From the NCBI GenBank assembly GCA_965224185.1, contig OZ245042.1, positions 4,804,620 through 4,868,619 on the forward strand: DNA of 64,000 nt. The letters are read 5' to 3'. Every line of letters begins with the position of its first letter. Within the stretch, counting starts at the first letter, position 1. Below, piece after piece: positions 53,293 to 62,596 of the stretch. Under the pieces are notes generated by a model that saw nothing but the letters and a program-made list of their open reading frames with translations, had not been told where the DNA came from and made no database searches. Position numbers and translations under genes: made by a program. This DNA comes from Rhodobiaceae bacterium (GTDB lineage: Bacteria > Pseudomonadota > Alphaproteobacteria > Rhizobiales > G965224185).

Positions 53293-54204
53293 TTAGTTTT
53301 GACTGATCATGGCAACCATCCCGTCAATCTCCGAGCGGCCGGGAAAACTGGTCTGGGCGCCGAATGTCGTGCAGGCGAGGGCGCCTGCGGCCGTGGCGTA
53401 GAGGAGGGCGCTTTCCAGGTCCTTCCCTTCGCTGAGCACGGTCGCCAGCACACCACTAAAAGTATCGCCGGCACCGGTCGTATCGACGGGCGTGATGGAT
53501 GGCGCCGGCACGCTGACTGTTTCGCCGCTTCTCCCGGCAATAGCGCCTTTGTCGCCCAATGTGATGATGATCGTGGATCCGAGGCGTTTCGACACTTGCG
53601 ATGCTGCGTCGGCCGGTCCATTGGTTTCCAAGGCCAAGTGATCGGCGAGCATCGAGGCCTCTAACGCATTCATGATCAACAAGTCGAAGATCTGGAGAGC
53701 GGTGTCCTCGATCGGCCGGAATGGGGCCAGCGACAGGATGGTTCGGCCACCGACGGCCGCGACGCGCGTCGCCACCGACAGAGTTTCGCTGAGCGGAACT
53801 TCGAGTTGAAACAGGGCGATGTCGTCGATATCGAAGGAAACGTCCGCCAAGACGGCCGCGCTCGCCGACATATTGGCGCCCGACGCAACCGTGATCGCGT
53901 TTTCGCCAGCCTCATCGACGCAGATCGTGGCCAGGCCGGTCTTGCCCGGCAGCCGGGCGACGTGGTCAAGATCCACGCCCTCGGCCCGCAGCAGGCGCAG
54001 GGCCGGTTCGGCGAACAGGTCATCGCCGACGGCGCCGGCAAGGCGGGTCCGCGCACCGGCACGACGCGCCGCCAGCGCCTGATTGGCGCCCTTGCCGCCC
54101 GGAACGAGGTCGTAATTCGACCCGAGGACGGTTTCGCCGGGCCGAGGAATGGTCGCGACCTTGGTCACAAGGTCGATGTTGACGGAACCGAAGACGGTAA
54201 TCAA
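53293..54204 (-). CDS. rbsK: Ribokinase
   Basis: MITVFGSVNIDLV...PGETVLGSNYDLVPGGKGANQALAARRAG and DTTGAGDTFSG motifs. The substrate assignment is tentative. Confidence 0.65.
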   Translation of the reverse strand: MITVFGSVNIDLVTKVATIPRPGETVLGSNYDLVPGGKGANQALAARRAGARTRLAGAVGDDLFAEPALRLLRAEGVDLDHVARLPGKTGLATICVDEAGENAITVASGANMSASAAVLADVSFDIDDIALFQLEVPLSETLSVATRVAAVGGRTILSLAPFRPIEDTALQIFDLLIMNALEASMLADHLALETNGPADAASQVSKRLGSTIIITLGDKGAIAGRSGETVSVPAPSITPVDTTGAGDTFSGVLATVLSEGKDLESALLYATAAGALACTTFGAQTSFPGRSEIDGMVAMISQN

Positions 54205-54311
54205 TTGACGATCCCCCGGGGAAGCGGCGCCTCGACATCGGCGACAATCCAGAATCAGCTACAGTCATAGCAAAAGTGCACCATGATGCCTAAACGCCGG
54301 AGGTTGACGGC

Positions 54312-55223
54312 ATGAGCACGGTCTATTGCGTGGGCATTGCCGTTGAGGACCTGATTTTTCAGGTCGATCATTTGCCCGATCGGCCGGAAGAAAAATACCA
54401 CGCCCGCGATTTCCAAATGGTCGGCGGCGGGTGCGCGGCGACGGCGGCGGTGGCGATCGTCAAACTGGGCGGTAAGGCCCGGCTTGCCGCCCGCGTCGGC
54501 GATGACCCGATCGGCGACATGATCAGACAGGAACTTGCGGATTATGGGGTCGGCGTTTCCAGGATGCGTACCTATCCGGGTCACCGGTCGTCAGTATCCT
54601 CCGTTTATGTCGACGCGGCCGGCGAGCGGTTGATCGTCAATTTTCGGGACACGACCCTGCCGGTATCCGGGTCATGGCTGGACGATCCCCTGGACCCGGA
54701 CATTGCCGCCGTGCTCGCCGACAGCCGTTGGCCGCAGGGCGCGGAGGCCGCGTTCGCGCGCGCCCGCAAGGCCGGCATACCGGCGGTGCTCGATGCCGAC
54801 AGTGCCATGGACGGCGATACGTTGATCGGCGCGGCAACCCATGTGGCGTTTTCCGCTCATGGGCTGCAGATGCACGCGCAGACCGATGACCTGGATGCGG
54901 CTCTTTTCGAGATGCGCGGTCGAACCGATGCATGGCTTTGCGTCACCAATGGCTCAGGACCGGTGCAGGTGGATGATGGCGCAAACCGCTGGCGGATACC
55001 TGTCCGGCCGGTGCAGGCCGTCGATACGCTGGGCGCCGGCGATGTGTGGCACGGCGCGTTCGCCTTGATCCTGGCCGAAGGCGGTTCGGAGCGTGATGCG
55101 GTGGAATTCGCAAGTGCTTCCGCCAGCCTGAAATGCACACGATTTGGCGGGCGGAAGGGCACACCGACACGAGAGGAAACCTTGCGCTTTCTCCATCGGC
55201 GTGGTCCGGGTTCAATTCTGTGA
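54312..55223 (+). CDS. PfkB-family sugar/nucleoside kinase
   Basis: 303 aa with GGCAATAAVAIVKLGG and a DTLGAGDVWHGAF motif. It is divergent from the ribokinase gene. Confidence 0.7.
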   Translation: MSTVYCVGIAVEDLIFQVDHLPDRPEEKYHARDFQMVGGGCAATAAVAIVKLGGKARLAARVGDDPIGDMIRQELADYGVGVSRMRTYPGHRSSVSSVYVDAAGERLIVNFRDTTLPVSGSWLDDPLDPDIAAVLADSRWPQGAEAAFARARKAGIPAVLDADSAMDGDTLIGAATHVAFSAHGLQMHAQTDDLDAALFEMRGRTDAWLCVTNGSGPVQVDDGANRWRIPVRPVQAVDTLGAGDVWHGAFALILAEGGSERDAVEFASASASLKCTRFGGRKGTPTREETLRFLHRRGPGSIL

Positions 55224-55235
55224 TCCGGGTCGGCC

Positions 55236-56816
55236 TTGATCACCATGGCCGCCAACGGCAATCGCTCTAGCTTTTCAGACATGGAAACGAATGATGGTGG
55301 CCCCATGTTCTGGAATACGCCGAATTGCCGTCCAAACAGGGATAAGTGTCATTGGCGCGGATGCCGGCGGGGCTTTGCCGCCGCGCGCGCTGTCCTGGCT
55401 CTGTCTGCCCTGATCGTCCTATTGGCAATAACCGCCATTCCCAAGCCGGCGATAGCCTTGCAGTCGGTTTATGATGCGGTTCAGGCCGATGTTGAAGAAA
55501 CGTTCACCGGCGACTTCGACGCCCTTGTCGAACGCCGGTATATCCGCGTCTTGGTGCCATATTCCCGCACGTTCTTCTTTTTGGACCGCGGCCGGGCGCG
55601 GGGGATCGTCCCTGATTTTCTGGTCGAGTTCGAAAAACTCCTGCGCAAGCGCATCGGCAAGGCTGGCAAGGACTTCCATGTGGTGATCGTCCCGACGCCG
55701 CGGGCGGAACTGATTGAGCGCCTGGCCGACGGCCGTGGCGATATCGCCATCGGCAATCTGACGATCACCGACCGGCGGATGAAATTGGTCGACTTCTCCG
55801 ATCCGACCATAAAGGACGTCAAGGAGGTGGTGGTCACGGCGAAAACGGCGCCGGGCCTGTCCTCGGCCGAAGACCTGGCCGGCGGCACGGTCCACGTGCG
55901 CCCGTCGAGCAGCTACTATGACAGCCTGCTGGCGCTGAACGAAAAACTGAAATCCGCCGGCGCCGAGCCAATCACCCTCGTTGCGGCGGATGAACGCCTG
56001 GAAGATGAAGACCTGATGGAACTGGTCGGCGCCGGCAGCATTCCGGCCATCGTGGTCGACGATCACAAGGCCCGGTTCTGGTCGCAGATATTGGAAACGA
56101 TCGCGATCCACGAAAATGCCGCCGTGGCGACCGGCGGCAAGATCGCCTGGGCGGTGCGCAAGACTGCGCCGAAACTGAAGGAGGTAGTCAATGGCTTCAT
56201 CAAGCAGGCGGCGGTCGGAACGTCCTTGGGCAATCAGATCTTCCGGCGCTATTTGAAATCCCGGAAACTGATCGAAAACGCCGCCAGGGCGAATGACGCC
56301 AAAAAGCTGAATGCGATCATCGATCACATCCGAAACTATGCCAAGAAATACGGCTTCAACTGGCTGATGGTCGCAGCCGTCGCCTATCAGGAATCCGGGC
56401 TCGATCAATCCAGGCGCAGCCGTGTCGGCGCGGTCGGCGTCATGCAGGTCATGCCGAAAACCGCCAGCGATCCCAACGTGAACATCAAGAATATCCGGGA
56501 CACGGAGGCCAATATTCACGCCGGCGTGAAATATTTCCGTTTCATCGCCGACACCTACTTCCCGGACCTGAAGGACAAGCCGATGGAGCAGTTCTTCTTC
56601 ATGCTTGCCGCCTATAATGCGGGGCCAAATCGAGTGAAGCGGCTGCGCGAACTGGCGAAGAAGCGAAAACTCGATCCCAATCAATGGTTCGACAATGTGG
56701 AATGGCTGGTGCGCGACAAGGTCGGTCGGGAACCGGTGATCTATGTATCGAACATATATAAGTACTTCGTCGTCTATCGAGGGCTCTACGAGGCCGGCGC
56801 GATAACCGACGATTAA
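55236..56816 (+). CDS. MltF-like protein: solute-binding (SBP_bac_3) domain fused to SLT lytic transglycosylase domain
   Basis: The DIAIGNLTITDRR motif belongs to the family-3 SBP fold. The C-terminal AYQESGLDQSRRSRVGAVGVMQVMP...AYNAGPNRV belongs to the SLT domain. The start is uncertain; internal Met codons precede the membrane anchor. Confidence 0.7.
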   Translation: MITMAANGNRSSFSDMETNDGGPMFWNTPNCRPNRDKCHWRGCRRGFAAARAVLALSALIVLLAITAIPKPAIALQSVYDAVQADVEETFTGDFDALVERRYIRVLVPYSRTFFFLDRGRARGIVPDFLVEFEKLLRKRIGKAGKDFHVVIVPTPRAELIERLADGRGDIAIGNLTITDRRMKLVDFSDPTIKDVKEVVVTAKTAPGLSSAEDLAGGTVHVRPSSSYYDSLLALNEKLKSAGAEPITLVAADERLEDEDLMELVGAGSIPAIVVDDHKARFWSQILETIAIHENAAVATGGKIAWAVRKTAPKLKEVVNGFIKQAAVGTSLGNQIFRRYLKSRKLIENAARANDAKKLNAIIDHIRNYAKKYGFNWLMVAAVAYQESGLDQSRRSRVGAVGVMQVMPKTASDPNVNIKNIRDTEANIHAGVKYFRFIADTYFPDLKDKPMEQFFFMLAAYNAGPNRVKRLRELAKKRKLDPNQWFDNVEWLVRDKVGREPVIYVSNIYKYFVVYRGLYEAGAITDD

Positions 56817-56901
56817 GGCAAAAGGTGCAGATTGTTCGTCGAGATGGCTTGCGGCGACCGCCGCGAACGGATATGTACGCCTCCGCATGCACCACCATGC
56901 C

Positions 56902-56977
56902 GCGCCGTTAGCTCAGTTGGTAGAGCATCCGACTTTTAATCGGACGGTCGAAGGTTCGAATCCTTCACGGCGCACCA
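56902..56977 (+). tRNA. tRNA-Lys (anticodon UUU)
   Basis: GCGCCGTTAGCTCAGTTGGTAGAGCATCCGACTTTTAATCGGACGGTCGAAGGTTCGAATCCTTCACGGCGCACCA folds as a cloverleaf. The anticodon loop is CTTTTAA. Confidence 0.9.
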
Positions 56978-57041
56978 ATCATTTCAATGGTTTAGCGTGA
57001 TTTCTTCTGATTTTAGTTCCGCTACCGCGTTCCCAATGAAC

Positions 57042-58618
57042 AATTCCCATGCTGCTGCCTGGATTGGTGTTTTTCACCGGTTGCAGTATTCGGTTTTGCA
57101 AGGATTGTTGGTTTTGACGGTTGGTTTCTTGCGTTTTTGGGTTCGTTTTTGTGAGCGAATATGATTCCCTGGTCGTTGTGATTTTGGGGGATTTCGATGC
57201 GCCCGAAGAAGCCGAAGACAACCGACCACGGCGACCTTTTCAAAGCCCGTCTCGATCAGATCATCAACATGAAGCACGAACTGGTTCTGTTGGCTGACCG
57301 GGTCGATTGGGACTGGATCGACGAAGAACTGGCGCCGTTTTTCTCCGACTGGGGCCGGCCGGGGGAACCGGTCCGGTTCATGATCGGCATGTTCCTGTTG
57401 AAGGCCACCTACGGCTTGTCGGATGAACAAGTCTGGGAACGCTGGGTGCACGATCCGTATTTTCAGTACTTTACCGGCGAGGCATTCTTCCAGCATGAAC
57501 TCAGGCACGAGCGCTCAGGCATGAGCCATTGGCGCAAGCGCATCGGTGACAAGCTGGATATTCTGCTCGCCGAGACGTTGCGCATTGCCCACGATGTCGG
57601 CGCTCTGAAGAAGAGCGACCTGGCGCGGGTGACCGTTGACACCACCGTGCAGCCGAAGGCAATCACCTTCCCGACCGACGCCAAGCTCATGCTGGTGGCG
57701 ATCGAGCAGTTGAACCGGCTTGCCAAGGCGCATGGGGTCGAGGTGCGCCAGTCCTATCTTCGGGTCGCCAAAAAGGCCGCAATCATGGCCGGACGCTATG
57801 CCCATGCCAAGCAGTTCAAGCGCCACAACCGGCAGCTCAAGTTCCTGCGCACCCGGCTCGGGCGGCTGATCCGCGATATCCGTCGCAAAACCGAAGCGCA
57901 CGAGGATCTGAGAACCGTCTTCGCCTTGCCGCTGTCAAAGGCCGACCAGATCCGAGGACAGAAGCAGCGCCAGCGGGGCTGGAAGCTCTATTCATGGCAT
58001 GCGCCGGAGACCGAGTGCATCGGCAAAGGCAAGGCGCACAAGCCGTACGAATTTGGCTGCAAGGTCTCAATCACCACCACCAACAGGCGCTGCAAGGGCG
58101 GCCAGTTCATCCTTCATGCCAAGGCGTTCCATGGAAACCCATATGACGGCCATACCTTGGGGAATGTGATCGAAGAGACCCAGACACTGACCGGCAGGGA
58201 AATCGAACGGGTCTACGTCGATAAAGGGTATCGAGGCCACGACGCACCGCATCCGCGCCGGGTCTTCAGATCCGGACAAAAACGCGGCGTCCATGGCCAG
58301 ATCAAACGCGAACTCAGACGGCGATCCGCTGTCGAGGCCGTCATTGGCCATTGCAAGACCGACGGCCATCTGGGACGCAACTACTTGCATGGCCGTCTCG
58401 GGGATCGCATCAACGCCATAATGAGCGCCGTCGGATACAACATCCGACGCATCCTCAAATGGCTGAGGATACTCTTAAGCAAAATCATCAACGACATCCT
58501 GGCAGCAATCGCCGGTCAATCAGCCCTCAAAGCCGCTTCTTAACGCTCGACACACTACCTCCCCATGGCACTGCCGGAGGGCGCTCAGTTCCTTAGTCCG
58601 AGTTTTCCAAGCTAACGA
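57042..58618 (+). mobile_element. IS5-family insertion sequence, copy 1 of a head-to-tail tandem pair
   Basis: The 1577 bp are repeated at an offset of 1590 bp with about 14 mismatches. Boundaries are defined only by where the two copies stop matching. I could not identify terminal inverted repeats with confidence. Confidence 0.7.
57197..58543 (+). CDS. IS5-family DDE transposase (InsH-type N-terminal domain)
   Basis: 448 aa with N-terminal DLFKARLDQIINMKHELVLLADRVDWDWI, and VYVDKGYRGHD and RSAVEAVIGHCKTDGHLGRNYL motifs. Confidence 0.85.
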   Translation: MRPKKPKTTDHGDLFKARLDQIINMKHELVLLADRVDWDWIDEELAPFFSDWGRPGEPVRFMIGMFLLKATYGLSDEQVWERWVHDPYFQYFTGEAFFQHELRHERSGMSHWRKRIGDKLDILLAETLRIAHDVGALKKSDLARVTVDTTVQPKAITFPTDAKLMLVAIEQLNRLAKAHGVEVRQSYLRVAKKAAIMAGRYAHAKQFKRHNRQLKFLRTRLGRLIRDIRRKTEAHEDLRTVFALPLSKADQIRGQKQRQRGWKLYSWHAPETECIGKGKAHKPYEFGCKVSITTTNRRCKGGQFILHAKAFHGNPYDGHTLGNVIEETQTLTGREIERVYVDKGYRGHDAPHPRRVFRSGQKRGVHGQIKRELRRRSAVEAVIGHCKTDGHLGRNYLHGRLGDRINAIMSAVGYNIRRILKWLRILLSKIINDILAAIAGQSALKAAS

Positions 58619-58631
58619 GTCCCCTGTGAAG

Positions 58632-60208
58632 AATTCCCATGCTGCTGCCTGGATTGGTGTTTTTCACCGGTTGCAGTATTCGGTTTTGCAAGGATTGTTG
58701 GTTTTGACGGTCGGTTTCTTGCGTTTTTGGGTTCGTTTTTGTGAGCGAATATGATTCCCTGGTCGTTGTGATTTTGGGGGATTTCGATGCGCCCGAAGAA
58801 GCCGAAGACAACCGACCACGGCGACCTTTTCAAAGCCCGTCTCGATCAGATCATCAACATGAAGCACGAACTGGTTCTGCTGGCTGACCGGGTCGATTGG
58901 GACTGGATCGACGAAGAACTGGCGCCGTTTTTCTCCGACTGGGGCCGGCCGGGGGAACCGGTCCGGTTCATGATCGGCATGTTCCTGTTGAAGGCCACCT
59001 ACGGCTTGTCGGATGAACAAGTCTGGGAACGCTGGGTGCACGATCCGTATTTTCAGTACTTTACCGGCGAGGCATTCTTCCAGCATGAACTCAGGCACGA
59101 GCGCTCAGGCATGAGCCATTGGCGCAAGCGCATCGGTGACAAGCTGGATATTCTGCTCGCCGAGACGTTGCGCATTGCCCACGATGTCGGCGCTCTGAAG
59201 AAGAGCGACCTGGCGCGGGTGACCGTTGACACCACCGTGCAGCCGAAGGCAATCACCTTCCCGACCGACGCCAAGCTCATGCTGGTGGCGATCGAGCAGT
59301 TGAACCGGCTTGCCAAGGCGCATGGGGTCGAGGTGCGCCAGTCCTATCTTCGGGTCGCCAAAAAGGCCGCAATCATGGCCGGACGCTATGCCCATGCCAA
59401 GCAGTTCAAGCGCCACAACCGGCAGCTCAAGTTCCTGCGCACCCGGCTCGGGCGGCTGATCCGCGATATCCGTCGCAAAACCGAAGCGCACGAGGATCTG
59501 AGAACCGTCTTCGCCTTGCCGCTGTCAAAGGCCGACCAGATCCGAGGACAGAAGCAGCGCCAGCGGGGCTGGAAGCTCTATTCATGGCATGCGCCGGAGA
59601 CCGAGTGCATCGGCAAAGGCAAGGCGCACAAGCCGTACGAATTTGGCTGCAAGGTCTCAATCACCACCACCAACAGGCGCTGCAAGGGCGGCCAGTTCAT
59701 CCTGCATGCCAAAGCGTTCCATGGAAACCCATATGATGGGCATACCTTAAGAAGTGTGATCGAAGAGACCCAGACACTGACCGGCAGGGAAATCGAACGG
59801 GTCTACGTCGATAAAGGGTATCGAGGCCACGACGCACCGCATCCGCGCCGGGTCTTCAGATCCGGACAAAAACGCGGCGTCCATGGCCAGATCAAACGGG
59901 AGCTCAGACGACGATCCGCGGTCGAGGCCGTCATTGGCCATTGCAAGACCGACGGCCATCTGGGACGCAACTACTTGCATGGCCGTCTCGGGGATCGCAT
60001 CAACGCCATAATGAGCGCCGTCGGATACAACATCCGACGCATCCTCAAATGGCTGAGGATACTCTTAAGCAAAATCATCAACGACATCCTGGCAGCAATC
60101 GCCGGTCAATCAGCCCTCAAAGCCGCTTCTTAACGCTCGACACACTACCTCCCCATGGCACTGCCGGAGGGCGCTCAGTTCCTTAGTCCGAGTTTTCCAA
60201 GCTAACGA
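58632..60208 (+). mobile_element. IS5-family insertion sequence, copy 2 of tandem pair
   Basis: See copy 1. A 13-bp spacer, gtcccctgtgaag (58619-58631), separates the copies. The right end lies 15 nt from the MscS stop codon. Confidence 0.7.
58787..60133 (+). CDS. IS5-family DDE transposase
   Basis: 448 aa. It differs from copy 1 at the protein level only by GN to RS (HTLGNVIEE vs HTLRSVIEE). Confidence 0.85.
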   Translation: MRPKKPKTTDHGDLFKARLDQIINMKHELVLLADRVDWDWIDEELAPFFSDWGRPGEPVRFMIGMFLLKATYGLSDEQVWERWVHDPYFQYFTGEAFFQHELRHERSGMSHWRKRIGDKLDILLAETLRIAHDVGALKKSDLARVTVDTTVQPKAITFPTDAKLMLVAIEQLNRLAKAHGVEVRQSYLRVAKKAAIMAGRYAHAKQFKRHNRQLKFLRTRLGRLIRDIRRKTEAHEDLRTVFALPLSKADQIRGQKQRQRGWKLYSWHAPETECIGKGKAHKPYEFGCKVSITTTNRRCKGGQFILHAKAFHGNPYDGHTLRSVIEETQTLTGREIERVYVDKGYRGHDAPHPRRVFRSGQKRGVHGQIKRELRRRSAVEAVIGHCKTDGHLGRNYLHGRLGDRINAIMSAVGYNIRRILKWLRILLSKIINDILAAIAGQSALKAAS

Positions 60209-60223
60209 ACCAGTATGCCCATT

Positions 60224-61558
60224 TTAGGTTGGCTCCGGCATTTGACTGGTTTGCAGCCGGCTGCCTTCCAGGACCGTTATCTCGCGTTGCGGGAACGGGA
60301 TCGTAATATCGTGTTTACGAAATACGTCCCATAGCGCCAGAAATACATTCCCCCGAATATTGGTCAGCCCAAGAGCCGGATCAGAGATCCAGAACCTTAA
60401 AACGTAGTCAACCGAACTGTCACCGAAGCCCACAATGTGGCATACGGGCGGCTTGTGCGATAAAACCCTGTTAACGGAGGCTGCGGCCTCGATAGCTAAG
60501 GCGCGCACTTGGTGTGGATCGGCGCTATAGGCTGTCCCGAAATTGACATCGAGGCGCACGAATTCATCAGAATAAGACCAGTTAACAACCTGCCCGGTGA
60601 TCAGGTCTTCATTCGGGATCAGAAACTCCCGACCATCCCGAGTAACGACAGAGACATACCGGGCACTCAGCGAATCGATCCAGCCGAACGTATCGCCAAG
60701 GGAAATCACGTCACCCGGCTTGATTGATTTGTCCAGGAGGATGATCACGCCGGAGACCAGGTTTGAAACCACTTTCTGAAGGCCGAAGCCTATACCGACG
60801 CCAATCGCACCGGACAGCACAGCCAAACCCGTCAGGTCGAATCCCACTGCCTTGAGGCCGATGAAAAATGCCGCTGAATACAAGACGATCTGAAGGGCCT
60901 TTATCGCAAGCTCCTGCATCGACGGCGAGATATTGGTACTGGCACGTAGACGATGGGCGGTTGTTCCAGCGATCAGCCGAGCAGAAGTAAGCAGCAGCCC
61001 CGTGACAACCAATGCCTTCAGAATTGTCAGGACCGACAGTCGGAAGCTGCCGAATTCGATCGCTAGGTTGTCAAGGAAAACCGTCACCTCGTCGTGTAGC
61101 CCGAGATAATAAACCGTAGCAAAGATCGATGTGGTCCAGATAATAATCCGGCGAAGGAACGCATTCCGCACGATTTGCGCTGCGATACGGATAACGATCC
61201 AGGCTGTCGCAATCGTTGCGATCAAAACCAGCAAATATCGCCGGGACGGAAATCTGTAGATCTCAGCAAACCCGGCCGCAGCGAACCAAAGGTATAGCGA
61301 AAAAAAGATCAGCGTGAACCGACGGTGCACGACCAGCAGCCAGCGCAACTGCCATTTGGGCCGACCTTCCAAACTGCGCATCCACGACTCGAACCGCGGA
61401 CCAATCCACCGATTGGTCAGCCAACCCAGCGCCAGGCATCCGATAGCAACAAATAGCTGCATCAGGCCGGGCGGCCGAATGAGGGAAAAAGCGATGGTCT
61501 GGATTGATGTCCAGACCGGGATCAGGCTCTCAAGCAGGTCGTTCAGGGTGTTTTCCAA
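60224..61558 (-). CDS. MscS-family mechanosensitive channel with extended N-terminal membrane domain
   Basis: 444 aa with several N-terminal TM helices. The conserved pore/beta domain is LQKVVSNLVSGVIILLDKSIKPGDVISLGDTFGWIDSLSARYVSVVTRDGREFLIPNEDL. GC is lower than the window average. Confidence 0.8.
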   Translation of the reverse strand: MENTLNDLLESLIPVWTSIQTIAFSLIRPPGLMQLFVAIGCLALGWLTNRWIGPRFESWMRSLEGRPKWQLRWLLVVHRRFTLIFFSLYLWFAAAGFAEIYRFPSRRYLLVLIATIATAWIVIRIAAQIVRNAFLRRIIIWTTSIFATVYYLGLHDEVTVFLDNLAIEFGSFRLSVLTILKALVVTGLLLTSARLIAGTTAHRLRASTNISPSMQELAIKALQIVLYSAAFFIGLKAVGFDLTGLAVLSGAIGVGIGFGLQKVVSNLVSGVIILLDKSIKPGDVISLGDTFGWIDSLSARYVSVVTRDGREFLIPNEDLITGQVVNWSYSDEFVRLDVNFGTAYSADPHQVRALAIEAAASVNRVLSHKPPVCHIVGFGDSSVDYVLRFWISDPALGLTNIRGNVFLALWDVFRKHDITIPFPQREITVLEGSRLQTSQMPEPT

Positions 61559-61709
61559 ACGTGTCCTCCACTTGACGATACTATCAAGATCATTTCTGCT
61601 GTTCCAAAATCTAGCAGATGGAGATTATGACCAGGGAGACGCATAATACCAGGGTCGGCCAGGTCTAACTCATTTGTGAATTTGCAAATTGGATTTGGTG
61701 TGATTGCTG

Positions 61710-62450
61710 TTTGGCATAGGCGGTTACGCCGATGCCAGCAGCACTGAAGGTTCGCAGCGATCACACGACCGCGGAATTACGCAAGCTCTCCAGAAACACC
61801 CCCTGCAACCGCCGGAGCGGCCGGCTTTTTGTCGATCGCGGTATGCCTGTGCACCGAGCGGGTCTATGTCGAACGCCCGATATTCGACGCCTTTGTCAGC
61901 CGGCCAAAAGTTGCTGCCCAGTCGTTGCGACCCGGACGGCCCGAAGAGGAGGGTACCAGCCTGGATCCGCTCATCAGTCGGGAACATCGCGAAAAGGTCT
62001 TGCGATACTTTGAGATTGCCCGGGAGGACGGCGCCACGGTCGTCACCGGTAGCGCTGTTCCCGAACTCGGGGATGACCTCGCCGGTGGCGCCTGGTTCGA
62101 GCCGACGATCTGGACAGGTTTTCCGGAGGACAGCCGCGTGGTCCGCAAGGAGATTTTCGGACCCTGCTGCCACATCCAGCCCTTTGACAACGAAGTCGAA
62201 GCCGTGCGTTAGGCAAACGATACCCCCGTACGGTCTCGCATCGGTCATCTGGACTGAGAATCTATCGCGTGGCCCATCGGGTCGCCCCCTTGCTCAATAC
62301 GGGCATTGTCTGGGTCAATACCTGGAATTTGCGCGACCTGCGCACACCGTTCAGTGGTCCCAAGCAGTCTGACAGAGGTCGTGAGGGCGGACTTTATTCG
62401 CTTGAGTTCTACACAGAGCTCACCAACATCTGTATCGAGATAAAGCGCCA
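61710..62450 (+). pseudogene. Aldehyde dehydrogenase (2-hydroxymuconic semialdehyde dehydrogenase-like), 5'-truncated and disrupted
   Basis: Only the C-terminal ~40% is present. AVCLCTERVYVERPIFDAF...KEIFGPCCHIQPFDNEVEAVR is followed by an in-frame TAG at 62210-62212. The sequence then continues as ANDTP / YGLASVIWTENLSR / AHRVAPLLNTGIVWVNTWN...GREGGLYSLEFYTE across three different frames. Confidence 0.75.
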
Positions 62451-62596
62451 CGGTATCCCCGTCGGCCCGGCGATGACCGATCGTAGTTCTAAACCGCCAC
62501 GGTACATCTCCCACCAAAAGTGGGTGCCTACAATGTGCCTGCTGCTTTTGGTGGAATTATCAGTCGAATATTATTAGCTAAGTCATTGAATTTGCT

